Shown here piece after piece: positions 12,689-24,712 of a stretch of 64,000 bases of DNA. Below the pieces are notes generated by a model. The model ran no database searches. It had not been told where the DNA came from and saw nothing but the letters and a program-made list of their open reading frames with translations. Positions within the stretch are counted from its first letter, which is position 1. Every line of letters starts with the position of its first letter. The stretch is taken from the NCBI GenBank assembly GCA_013239625.1, contig MU054323.1:4566214-4630213 (forward strand). The letters run 5' to 3'. This DNA comes from Lama guanicoe (Eukaryota). The translations under genes and the position numbers were made by a program.

Positions 12689-12764
12689 ATCTGGGTACTA
12701 AGTGGGTAGCATGAAGCTAGGGAAAACACTGTGGTATGGTTAATCAAATGTCCATTCTCTGTGT

Positions 12765-12862
12765 GGGGCCAGCATCTATGGCTACCTAGGCTGTGCACTG
12801 CACATCCCTAGGAAAGACATTTATATAGACCCTGATGTGAATGGTATTCTGGAGTTGTGGGA
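12765..12862. mobile_element. MER91A-like hAT MITE remnant
   Basis: 'ctgtgcactgcacatccctagg...catttatatagaccctgatgtgaatggtattctggagttgtg' resembles the recalled MER91A central hairpin. Confidence 0.6.
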
Positions 12863-13942
12863 TGGGATAGCCATCCTTGAAGGAATTCACCTGGCTATTG
12901 GAGGTCTACCAGCTTTTAAATTAAGACTGTTCCACTTGTGGACCTTTAATTGTCTGCAAGCATATCTAGAAAATTCAAACTGCTTGCAGATCTCACTATT
13001 TCTTTCCTATTCACAGCTATCTAAAGGATCAAATCATAAACTATGTACTAGCTTTAGCTTTTCCAAAGTCCTTAAAATGATGCATTCTCATTCCACATTA
13101 GATTCTACAACAGTAGAATGTTAGAATTTTAAAAGCCTCTAGTATAGTCTTATTCTATTAATAAAAATGTTATAAATTGTAATGAATGTCATGTAGGTTT
13201 TTTTAGGTTGTACAATTTCAGTGCTTGGGACCAGTGTACCTCTTTCTCATTGGAGTGTTGTATGATTATATTAAATGTAAGTTTATAGGCTGTTTTGAAA
13301 TTGTGATGGATATAAAATCATTTGTCTCTGAAACAATAAATAACCTAAATGTGATGAGACCCCCTTAACTAGAGTGACAGTTTAATATGGAAGGTGTGTC
13401 CTTAAGTTATTTTACAATGGATTAACACTGAACCTAGATTCTCTACAGTTTCTTTTTAAGTGTTAAGAAGTGACCCTAATTTTGGCTAGATACTTCATTA
13501 ATATTCATTTGTATATAATTGCCTTAATTTCAGTGATAATGACTTCAGCTACCAACTGTTTGATTGATGGAACTTGCATCTTCTCTGGAAAAGAGCTAAG
13601 ATATAAAAATCACACCATTCATGCATGCCGGGTATTTTTAGCCGCCTTTAATTACTAACCAGCTAAATAAGCATGCAAACCACGCTGTGATTGATAGGAT
13701 CTCTTGGTTGAAGTGATTTTTTTCCGCAGAATTTGGAAGATGCTTGAATCAATTGAGTGCTAAAAATAACCAATGAAAGCTGAATCGTCCAGAATCAGGA
13801 TGCTCTTGAATAAAGCATCTAACAAGAAGTAGGGATTAACCTATAGTCTTAAAGACATTCTGACTGAGAAAAAAAAAAACAAAACGATGGAAAGTTCCTC
13901 CCGAGTGCAGCAGTGTGAAAAAAAAGGCTGTAATATGCCGAA

Positions 13943-13979
13943 TCTTCTTCTTCTTCTTCTTCTTCTTCTTTTTTTTTTT
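13943..13979. repeat. (CTT)n microsatellite followed by poly-T
   Basis: Read directly. Confidence 0.95.
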
Positions 13980-14554
13980 ACTGAAGGTACGCTAAGTAGC
14001 ATCATGTCAGAAACAAAAGGAGACATGAACTGAAAGTCATACGAGGCAAGAAAAGGGACAAGACAGAGAGTAAGAGATGTGCTCCCGAGCCCTGTGACCC
14101 TGAGGCTGCAAACACATGCGGTGCAGGACCGTCAGCCCGGGCTGGGGGAGAGCATTTCCCGTAGCGTAACCCAATGCTGATGAGTAGAATTTTGAGGAAG
14201 AATCTAATCCAGAGATCTTTGGATAGATCATCTTTGTGAAAAGAAAAATGCATTCAACCAGGCACGCTGCAATGTTTTAAAAGGCAACTGCAGCAGCAAC
14301 CAAAATCAAAGGATGAAGCTGGAGCAGGTGGCTCGAGCCAAGAATCTACTTGACTGGAAACTGTTTCCAGACACTTTCTTTGTTAATAATAAACGACATT
14401 ATTCTAAAAAATCATAGTAATTAGAATGTTGCCACCTTCTGAAAGTGTCTTTACTGTACTGAATGTCTAGCATCTGATAGACTGAGAAGTTGCCTTTTGG
14501 TACCTCCCACGTTCCTTTGCAGTCTTCCTTCACTGCCTGATCCTAGTTTATCGC

Positions 14555-14561
<7 letters not shown>

Positions 14562-14593
<32 letters not shown>
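14562..14593. repeat. (TC)n microsatellite
   Basis: Read directly. Confidence 0.95.
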
Positions 14594-14599
<6 letters not shown>

Positions 14600-16059
14600 C
14601 TTGGCTAAAGTCCTAACCCCTAGTGTCAAATCTAAGTCCAGAAATCTCCAAGATGACCCACACACCGTAATGTTCTTTCCTCCAGCCATTCGTAACCTTA
14701 GTCTGCATGGTGCTTTTTCTAAGAGTTAGGAGAAAAGCAGTCTCCTGATTTACACTCACACACTGACTGTTCTTATTTCTTCAATATTATCTGGACTTTT
14801 AAAGAAAGTGTGTTATAATACCTTATGAATCTGCAGTGGATGAGTTTAGGAGATACTAAAGGCGAGACAGAGAAAGAAGTTTGAGGTTATTTTTTCTTAA
14901 ATTCATCAGCCAAGTGCCTCAGTGGGATAATCCTGGGAGGAAGAAACACTAGGGAGAAGGTAGTTCTGCTTGACGTATCAACTCCCATTTAACAGTTATC
15001 AGTGCTTCTTTGAATAAGACCGTGGGCATTCGTTAGCTTTTGGGGGGAGCCTCTCTAGAGGCTGGTGGGCAAACACAGCGTACAGGTGGTAAAGTCTTCA
15101 TTGTTCTTTCCATAGCGTATACTGATTGGCTTCTCATCACTGATTCTGTGAAAGTTGGGATTTATGTTTTTTTTCTCTCCTTGTCTCAGAGAAACTATAA
15201 AATACAGAACTGGGGGGAGTCATGGAGAAGAGAGAGGATAACAACATAAAAGCAAAAAACAATGGCGATCATAAAACTGTAAGACATTTAGGATGATCTC
15301 CATGCACGGTTTCGAGGTTTCGTTCCAAGGAAGCTGAACCAGTGGAAACAGCTCAGGACCTGCCCACTTTGCAGGCAGGGCAAAGGATTCATTCTCTCAG
15401 GGACCTCTCAGCAGTGGCTCTGTTTATCCGACACTTTGGCCGACTCCTTGACTCTTCGACTGTCTTCCTTTCTCCTTTCTGTTTACCTTCTCCTTTCTTT
15501 GTAGCATATTCTGAAAGAAAAAAAAGAAAGAAAGAAAAGAATAAAAAGAAAAACAACAACAGTGAGAAGGTGCATTTTAGAGAGTCTGAAGGCCACGTGG
15601 GAAAGAGGGGAAGCTGCGATTATGTAAGCATTTGGAGAAAAATGAGTCGCTAATGCACTTGGTTTCTTTTATTTATATTCTCTCTTCTGTTCCAAATGGC
15701 CTTACTGGGCTGCGAACACCTGAGGACACTCTCACACTGTGCTAGGGTGTGTTCTTCCTGGAACCAGAGCTAGATTATGCCAGTATTTTCAAGTGACAAA
15801 TAAAAATGGGAAATTAAATCCTGCAGCCAGGGTTCGTTGTCCGCAGTAGCTCAGAGCTGGCTAAGTCAGGACTCGTCCAGCCCCGCTGGGCTAAAGAGGG
15901 ACAGAGAGCAGCCATTCTTCCCAGGGACGCCCTCTTGCCTGGATCCTCTTGTTCACACGTGACAGTCATTTGCACCTCCCTCTCTCATGTCGCCAACTCG
16001 TCCTAACCCTGAACTCAGAACTAGGCAAGACAGAAGCATGAACACCTCTCTTTGAGCAC

Positions 16060-16155
16060 GGTAATTGCTGCCTTGTTTATTTAAGTGCAGTAGTGTTAGG
16101 AGAAAGAAGCGAATGATTAAGAAGGTGCTCAGTAAATCTTTATGGAATGAATAAC
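16060..16155 (+). mobile_element. LINE-2 3' tail
   Basis: Ends 'gaaggtgctcagtaaatctttatggaatgaataa', the L2 terminus. Confidence 0.55.
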
Positions 16156-16249
16156 TGAACACAGGCCTGTGTCTTCCTAGAGGTGGCAGAGTGGAGTTCG
16201 TTAAGCAGAGGTAAGTGGAGGAGACTACAGAAGAGGAAATAGGGCTTCC

Positions 16250-16458
16250 CATTGGCCAGACTCTACGCTAAATGTTTGCATATATCACTCCATTTAATAT
16301 TCAGAAAAAACCAATGAAGGTTAGTTTTATTATGCAAAAATTCTCATTTCACATAGAAAGAAAAATGAGGGCTAAAGGAATTAAGTAAGCTTTATTTAGT
16401 CACATGGTTAGGTAGCCAGAGAGCCCCGGTGTGAATACATTTGTGTCTGATGCCAATT
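16250..16458 (-). mobile_element. MIR SINE
   Basis: 'ctaaatgtttgcatatatcactccatttaat...ctcatttcacatag..aaatgagggct...gtcacatggttagg' is the antisense MIR core. Confidence 0.7.
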
Positions 16459-17935
16459 CTTGATCTTTTCTCAGCTGTGTTGTCTCCACACAGACCGACT
16501 GAGCCTATCCACAGCCTTCCTTTTACTCTTTCTAAATGCTTTCTCCCTGCCTTCATGTGCTGAAGTTCTTTCTGTCCATTTATCCTGGAGACAGATGAAA
16601 CATCAACTGTTTTTGAAGCTTTTCCTGATTCTCCACCTCTTCTTAATCACATGGCGCTTATCTGTGTCGTAACCATGCCCGGCCTGGAGCCAGTCATTCA
16701 GCTGTGGCCCTGTCCTCCACAGGAGACCGACCATAACTTCCCCGAGGAACCACGTTCTGTTCCTCTCTGCCTCTCCTCCCCTAGAATGCCTGTAACTAAG
16801 CTGTGCTACATGTAGTTTCCGTTGAACCGAGTTAGAGACTCTGGCATTTTTTGTTGTTGTTGCTTAAGTTATTTATTAGATTTTTAGATTTCAAAGTTGA
16901 TAACCTGTTCCTCTGCTTTAAGTAGAGATTATAAAATTATCCCAATGGGTCAATGTCTATAACTTTATGACAGTGCTGAGAAAGTATGGAAACCATCACT
17001 TTATGGAACCCTTACGTGTCTAAAGCTCATGAATCACCTATGTCTGTTGGCACCACGTGACAAGAAAAAAGGAAACCAGGAAGAAGGTGTTTTCAAACAT
17101 GATTTTGAATGAACAAATAGTTGTTGTAAGAGCTTTACAAAAGCACAGATGATATATAACCATGTTAGATATAATATTTCCCCTCCTATTTGAAATCTAC
17201 TACACCCTTCATTTGTATAATTGTACTTAGTCACAGCTGTCTGGGTAGAAGGAAGACAAATGGTGACTTACTTTTCAGGGGTAAGGGAAGGTTATCTTGA
17301 TTGAAATGTTTAAGCCTTTTTCCCCCTATCTCCCAATCTCGGCTATGGAGTATAATAAATTACCTTCCTGCCCCCAGGAGAATTATTAGCATGGATGTAA
17401 TATTACTCACCCCCTCTAGCTCCCTAACACACTAAAAGCTAACAAATATTTCACTCTCACACACTGCATATTCTTCCCAAAGGGAGAAAAAGTTTATGTG
17501 AAATATGTTCTCCTATAAGAACAGAGATAGAAGGAACCTTGCAAGACCCTTATGCCTGTTCAGTGGCAAGCCATTGCCTGCCTACAGCTGCGGACAATTT
17601 GTTGAATGTTCAATTGAGGATCATGAATTCTTGATGATGGAAGATGCACCCAGTGTAACGAAGGAAGAGGCCATTCCTCTATTCAGTCCATTCACATGAC
17701 TCCAGCTTGGTACATTTTGGGGTGATTGAAGATGCATTTAGAATACTCTTAGATACACTGGGACCATTGACTCTTTTCAGAACCTTAGAGATTTCCATCT
17801 CCTTGTGTTATCTTCCCAAGATTCTGTCATCTTGAAAAGTTGAGATCTCATTGCTGACTAAGTACCTTGTTAATACATCATTATTACTTGCCTTTATGGA
17901 GAACTACTCTCCTGCATTCCTCTTATACAACCTTT

Positions 17936-18067
17936 TTTTTTTTAAAAAATTTATTTTGGGGAGGAGGCAACTAGGTTTATATATTTGTTAATGGCGGTAC
18001 TGAGGACTGAACCTAGGACCTTGTGCATGCTAAGCACATGCTCTACCACTGAGCTATACCTTCCCCC
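17936..18067 (-). mobile_element. tRNA-Ala-derived SINE (camelid Vic-1-like), second copy
   Basis: Reverse complement reads gggggaaggtatagctcagtggtagagcatgtgcttagcatgcacaaggtcctaggttcagtcctcagtaccgcc plus AT tail and poly-A. Degraded TSD cttatacaaccttt (17922) / ctcatacaaacatt (18068). Confidence 0.9.
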
Positions 18068-18449
18068 CTCATACAAACATTTTATTGTTATGAAATCAAT
18101 TATTTCTCCCTCAACTCCCATCCACCTTCCTTCATCTCTCTTACAATGTTGATCAGTTTCCACTTTGGGTTATAGGTGATTGCGTGTGTGGTTGAGCTGC
18201 TTTTGGAGACAGAAAGAGGAGGATCTGTTCTGAGTCAGCTTTGTTTCCTTCATGGTTGCTTTAAATATGTTATGAAGAATGAAGAAAAATTGAAAGAAAA
18301 AAAAAGATGAGAAGAGGAAAGAAAAATAAAGTAAATGAAGAAAAAGAAAGAAAAGAAGACCCAGAGAAGCCTCTCTCGTGCATTCTCGCCTCTCAGCTTA
18401 TTCGTGCAGGAAACAAGATGCAGAAAAAGATGAGTATCTTAAGTGAGAG

Positions 18450-18600
18450 GTGCTGGACTCGTGTTCTAATGCTGATAATTACTGGGTGTGGGATCTTGGA
18501 CAATTTTCTTAACCTTTTCAAAACATAGTTTCTTTCCCAGGGAAATGAGTTTAATACAACCTAAGTCGTGGGGTTGTTTAAAGATTACAAGATTCTGCTA
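18450..18600 (+). mobile_element. MIR SINE fragment
   Basis: 'tgtgggatcttggacaattttcttaacc...catagtttc...tcgtggggttgtttaaagatta' is the MIR core. Confidence 0.6.
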
Positions 18601-18872
18601 CATTAGGAATCACGTAAGACATAGACTTAGCAGGCTATGGATGGTAAGTGTATGGTACTAACCCTTCCTCAGTGGACCTGCTTCCTATCAAACCAACTAA
18701 TTGAGTTCACTTATTCTTTCTCTAAAGCACCCCTTCCTTAATAGAATGGCCTTTCCCAGCTCTCATTACCAAGAGATTAGGATTGCACACGTGTGTATTA
18801 CCATATATATGACAAATACAGTAAGTGTCACAAGATTGAAAAACAGCTCTACTGTGAAAGTCACATTTAGTG

Positions 18873-19413
18873 TGAGGGGATCAGAATATATCACCCCAAA
18901 ATATGCCACTTTGGATTATTTTGATTGAATAATCCAGCATGTGGATTATTTTGAGCTGAAGGCAATCAAGACCCGGCAAACTCAGGAAAAAAAAACCAAA
19001 ACCAAAACCAAACAAACAAAAAAAACTTTCACCTCTTCCTTAACTACCTAAAAGAATTTCGATAGGGCGTCTGGCCCAGAAAGGCAGCTATAACCGGAGA
19101 CAATTTTGTTTATGTTTTTTATTTGAAAGTCTTACGTGCATGGCAGGGCCAACAGCTGATTATCAAACATCTGCTCTTACCTTCCTGTGGATTTGCCTCT
19201 CGCCTTTGAGGTTCCAGCCCCCATCCCATTCTTTAGCTCAGGATGGCATATAAGCTTCAAGTGCCTGACTGCCTTTACATCTCAGATTTTTATGGAGCTC
19301 CCTATACGAGATTTAACATATTTTTTTCCCATTAATCTGTGTTATGTTAGTTTAATCATTAGACCATCCAAAGAACCTAGAAGGGAAGAAGGGAGAATTT
19401 TTCTGCCCCTAAA
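18873..19413 (+). mobile_element. ERV1-class solo LTR (MER34-like)
   Basis: Starts 'tgaggggatcagaatatatcaccccaaaatatgccactttgg...gattattttgagctgaaggcaat'. TATA-like 'catataag' near 19247. Ends 'cccctaaa'. Perfect 4-bp TSD agtg (18869-18872 / 19414-19417). Confidence 0.85.
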
Positions 19414-19687
19414 AGTGTATGTGATCATCAGACTCTAATATGGACCTTTTTTTTGTGAAAAAGCAGGAAGAGCGTGCAGGCTGGCTCTTCAGGCTACGTT
19501 AACTCTAAAGAGTCAGGATCATCTTTTTGTAAAGATATGCTGCCACCTCTTTCCTAAAAGCAAAACAATTCACTGGTCTCTCTGCCTCTGTTTTGCTTTG
19601 CCTCTCAATAGCAGCTGTGAACAGAGAAGCCTTTCAGTTTCTTAAAAAAAAAAGAAAAGAAAAAAAGAACAGATTTTTCTAACTAGC

Positions 19688-20090
19688 TACATCAGGACAT
19701 ATTTGGTAGCAAATAACAAGACATCCCAGCTTAAGTTCATTTTTACAACGAGGAAAACCATGGTCTCAAATAACAAGAAATCCAGGGGAAGGGCAGGTTC
19801 TGTGCAAGTCATGTATCTGGCTCCCAGTATCTGTTTCACTTGGTTATTTTCCCAAGTGATAGCCTCACGCTGGGGCAGCACGGTGATTAGAGCAATTTCA
19901 GGCGTCAAATCTTGTCCTGACAATGTCCAGGGGGTGAAAGGGTGAACATGTCTCTTTCTGTGTCTTCCAAGAAGAATTCCATAGACTTTCTTTTGAATCT
20001 CATCGACCGGAGTCAGCTCACACGCCCTCCTAAGCCAATCCATGGCAGGGGAAAGAGAGGACAATGATTAGTGTAGACCAGTCTGGTTGT
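19688..20090 (-). mobile_element. MaLR solo LTR (MLT1J/K-like)
   Basis: 'tcaggacatatttggtagcaaataacaag...aacaagaaatccagggg...tctcatcgaccggagtcagctcacacgccc..ctaagccaatc' is the antisense MLT1 pattern. Confidence 0.65.
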
Positions 20091-23000
20091 GCATCTGAGG
20101 CATATGCTGTGTGAAGTAAGGATGGACGTATAAAGCAAATGAGCTTTCTGTCAGGACCAAAAGTATACAAGCATATGGGGCAGGCAACCAATAGTGATGA
20201 CTCTAGTGGATTTCTGATTATCAAAACGACTCTCTGAACTTTAAAATGGGAGTCATTATTCTTTGATGACATAATGGGAAAATGGAGTTACAGTTAATTC
20301 ATTGTTTTTAGTGCATAAACCAAACAAGGGTTGGTTTAGGTTTTTCAGGAGTAAGTCAGGCATCTCTTTTCCAAATGTGTTTTTCTCCCCCACTTTATAC
20401 ACAAATGCTGGACCAAACAACACTTTACCTGGCTTAATAGACAGGTGAATGGAAGAAATTATTTAAAAATGAGTTAAGTAGTATTTCACTGTCCAGATAT
20501 ATTCAAGGTATACCTTAATGGCAATTTTAACTGTGAATTACTTTCAGGATATCTTTTTACCTGGGAAGGTGGATGCACAAGTGCATCAGGGGTGGTCTTC
20601 TTTTGTTCTTTCCTGTTTTCATTCTTTTTGTACTTGAATGTGTAGTTCTCATTTTGTGCTTCAGCTCCACAGGATCTGTACGCCCTCTTTATCTGAAGTC
20701 ATCCCCTAGAGTGGAATTCTTATGGGAGGCAGTGCCTGTTTCCCCTTACAGAAGCTTAGAGAGGTCAACCATTTAGCTAACACGGGGATATGTGATCTGG
20801 GCTTCAGCTACGCTAAGACTCCTGCCCAGGGCTTCACATCTGGACTAAGAAATGGAAATACCTAGATGCAGTTGAGAAATCATCCACAAGTAAGAGAAGT
20901 GTGGAGATTCTAGCACGTGATTTATCAAGGGCATGACCTAGGCTGTGTCCTGCCACCTTGTTTTCTGATTCCCGCCTGTTTCCTGAATCTGGCTCACCAG
21001 ACTTCTGTTGATTCTATGAGCTACCTCACATCCTTGGTTACTTAAATGAGCCAGCTTTTGTGTGCCTGCATGCACTTACTGATACGGCTTGCTTCAAAAA
21101 TCGGAGGCTGGGGGATATTTAGAACCAGAATTTTACGGCACACAGATGCCTCTTTCACTCCCTGAAGACTCTGAAGTATTGTGACTATTTTTGAGCCACA
21201 TACCCTCTGCCTCCCAGACTGGATCTGGACCATTTCTCACCCTTTTCAGTTTTTCTCATCAAAAAGAAGTTCATAGCTAGGTGGCATGTGGGTTAAGATT
21301 ACGGTCCAAGAAAATGGGTATCTCAGATCAAAAACGTCTTTTAAGGCTATTCTTGTTCTGGGGGGAAAAAAATAAAGGAAAGATAAAGAGCCACGGTTAT
21401 TTTGGGGCTCCAACAATTGTTTTCAAAAGTCTGTTCTTGGCAGGAGAGACTTTTATCCTCAGATGAGCAAACCTGTCTGCTGGAGGCGAACATGAAGCCT
21501 GCTGGCTTTGCAGGGGGGCAGTGATGCTTTGGACCCTGTTGAAATCCAGGTGTTCTGTTTGTAAACAAAGCAACATTCTTACAAATCATGCTCTTGATTA
21601 TTTTATCAAGTTCTTCCACTCATAATGGTTAAATATTTTACCCTTCAATAAACAAGCAGACCAAAAAAAAAAATTGTCCATAGTGGAGACCAGAAAAACA
21701 ATGTCTTTAGTATGTGAAAACCCATTCAGTAATAATTTACTGAGTACCACCTGTATGTAATCCCCTGTGCTACGTGCTCTTCATAAACGGGCTGGTGTTG
21801 GGGTCAGCAGGAAGCTCAGATTTGTAGCACTTAGCAGTTCCCATGGTGTAAGTACAGTGCTCTCACCACCAAGGACGATCCACGCTCTCAGCCTTGACGT
21901 GCCTGAACCTGAAACTGGAAACAGGTACTCACAACCTCCAGCGCACAACCAGAGCTCCGGAGTTTGAGGGAGCAAGAGAAATCACACTTCATCTGGTAGT
22001 ATTGGGAATGTCTCAAAAAGGAAACAGTTTTTCTGGGCGGGTTAAGAGGAGGCAAAGTATTGGACCTGAGAGGGGCAGGGTGAATAAGGTGATGGAGCTG
22101 GGAGAGGGTGGTGAGTGTCCAGGAGTGAGTGTTCACAGAAGGTGGGGGAAAGAGAGTGGAGGGGAGTAAGGCAGGGAAGTTGGGAAGGGCAGATGTTGGG
22201 GAAGTGGTTGTGATGAGTATGGCAGGAAGGTCAAGGAGGAAAATGGTGAGTCAGCGTTCAACATCTGGAGCCCCGTGTGTATTAGAGTGTGCGTGGACAG
22301 CACCACGCGGAAAGTCAAGTCGCAGCTCGCACTTCCTGGGACGCACGTTAAGGAAACAGCGGCAGGGGCACTAGGACTGGCACTGTGCAAACGTCTTCCC
22401 ACCGGCATTGGGCTGGCAGTGCCGTCAGTGTCTCTGGGCTTGCATTAAATCTCTGTTGTGTGTCAGAAAGGTGCCAGCAAGGACCACGTCTGTGTCTGAG
22501 CGTGCACTGTGACTTCAGGGTGTGGATATTGCCAGAGGGATTTCCCTGGAGAAGAATGCCTCTGAATAATCTGTCCCGTGGCCATTTTGGACCCAGCCAG
22601 GCAGCCAGTCTAGCTGCGACGCCAGGCCAGTAATTGTGTGGGTCCTGAATCTCCAGACAGCAGACATTCATCAGGGAGGGGCGTTATGAGACACAGAACT
22701 CCCTGAGCAGGAGAGTGACTGCTTCTAATGTCACTTATCCCTTCTGTTCCGGGGCCTCGTCTTCACTGAGGTGGAGCAGGATAATGAGGAGGATCTTACG
22801 CTCCCTGTGGAGCCCCAGGCACACGGGGAAGGACTCCTCCTCTCCTACGTTTTCTCTGCTTGACTGCGCTGAGGACAGGCGACAGCTTCAGGACACACTG
22901 ATGTTTACCACCTCTCTTCCCTTCCTCCCCATTCCCACGCAGCCCTGGCGCTGGGCTGCCTCCCTACGTTTTATAATCACAAAAGTTGGATGCTGTCATT

Positions 23001-24589
23001 GAATCAGTATTTCTTTACCGCTTCCTTGGAAGGGCTCTTCCTCCATCTGCCATGTCCTTAGGGGATCTCAGGGAGGAACTAAGGCCCAAGGAAAGAGTCT
23101 TTGCCCAGGTCCAAAAGGCACAGTCAAGATCATTTATCGTCTTCAACTGCCTGAGCCCCGAAGGGTCTTGACTCCCAGTGGTTCACCATACAGTTCGCAG
23201 AGGGGCTGTATCTGTGCGACATGGGGGTGCCTGGCCAAGAGAGGGCCCAGGTAAAAGCAGAGTAGCAGCTCACAGTAGAAGCAGGTGTCTATAAAACTGA
23301 GCTGTCTCCCTTTGAAGGTGCCATGTCTATTCTTAAACAGGGACTGAAAAACACCAACAATGCAGCACATTGTTTGATGCCCACTTGTAACTGACAGTTA
23401 TATTGCTCCCAGCACCCCAGGGTCCTGTGTCGTTTTGGTTCCTCTAAAGAGGAGGGCCTTGGTATCCTATGCCACATTGCAGCTTTTCTAATAGCAAAGA
23501 TTTTGGGGTGGCAGAACCATGTTGCCCTGCAGCTAGTTCCTGGACCCCAACCTCAACGCATACTGGAGGTGATCATGGCCGGAGAATGCCCTCCTATTGT
23601 TCTACTGGTGTCTTTGAAGGAAAGGCCACTTGATCTTCTGTAATAGTAATGACGCATCCTCAGCCATATTCACTCATCCTTGGGCACAGATTTTTCCTGC
23701 ACAAAGGCTCTGGGATCACTTCGTTCCCTCACCCGGGAGGTTTGACTGCAGTAGGGACGAGATCTCTGTCTGGTTCTCCCATACTGAGTTGCTCTCAGCT
23801 GCTTCCTCGGACCACATGCTGCTTCTGTCATGGCACCACGTTGTTCTGAAGTCCTCACTTCAGAAAGACAGAAGTACACGTCTGTCTCTTTCTTGCGGAC
23901 AGTGAGTGTGACCCATTCATCTCTGTACATCTATCGTGAGCAAGAAGCATGGCAGACTTCAGGAGACTTAATAAGTGGTTGGATTTCATTACCTTGAGCT
24001 AGAGTGAAAAGATTCGTGTTGGATTAAGGCTCTGCCTTGCAATGCCTTCTGTGCTAGTCCTTCGGGTCTGGGTCTGGAGGGACAATAATGGATTAAAGGC
24101 ACAACAGCCCCAGCTAATAACAATGCCCACCTAGATTCGTATCTATTTCCTGATGCTTGATTTCCGTACATCCTGGAGAGCCTCCTTTCCTCTTTGCCTG
24201 TTGAAAGATTTTCTCCGGTCATAAGAGTCCCACATGCAGACCCCATGGAAACTTTGGTTCCAACAGCCATCCTTATCTAGCTGGTTCCATCCTGAGCCCA
24301 GTCCGAGGGTAACACTGGGGAAAGTTGAATTATGAGGCCAAATATGGAAAGGAACATGTGGGTGTTTGTTTGGCTGCTTGTAGGCATTTCTAGTCCGGTC
24401 AAGCATACTGTCTTCCTGGGGCTTTACAAAGCCCTGCCAACCTCATCCTTCTCTTATGTAGCATAATTAGGAAGCTGGCTTCGGAGCTTCCCTGAGTGCT
24501 TTGAAGCAGTGTTGTGTAGAGGAGAGAGAAAGTCTTTGGACCTGGAAGACCTAAACATTTCTTAATATTGACTTCATCCTTCCCCCAAC

Positions 24590-24712
24590 TGGCTGAGCAA
24601 TTGAACAAGCCAACTCTCTGGGCCTCAGTTTAAAAAAAAAATTTTTTTTTTCAGTTAGTTGCATTAGATTGTCCTTATGATACTCTCTAGTTCCAGATTC
24701 TGTAAGCCTTTG
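24590..24712 (+). mobile_element. MIR/MIR3 fragment
   Basis: 'gaacaagccaactctctgggcctcagttt' and tail 'tctctagttccagattctgt'. Confidence 0.5.

Noticed and set aside
12199..12798. Longest ORF (199 aa, K/E/R-rich) and overlapping S/F/L-rich ORFs
   Set aside because: Read-through of the (TTTC)n/(TCCC)n low-complexity tract, not a gene.
22140..22201. G-run cluster as a G-quadruplex
   Set aside because: It needs loops of 8-9 nt and lies in generally purine-rich, probably repeat-derived sequence.
24632..24651. A10-T10 palindrome
   Set aside because: Homopolymer slippage within a MIR remnant.
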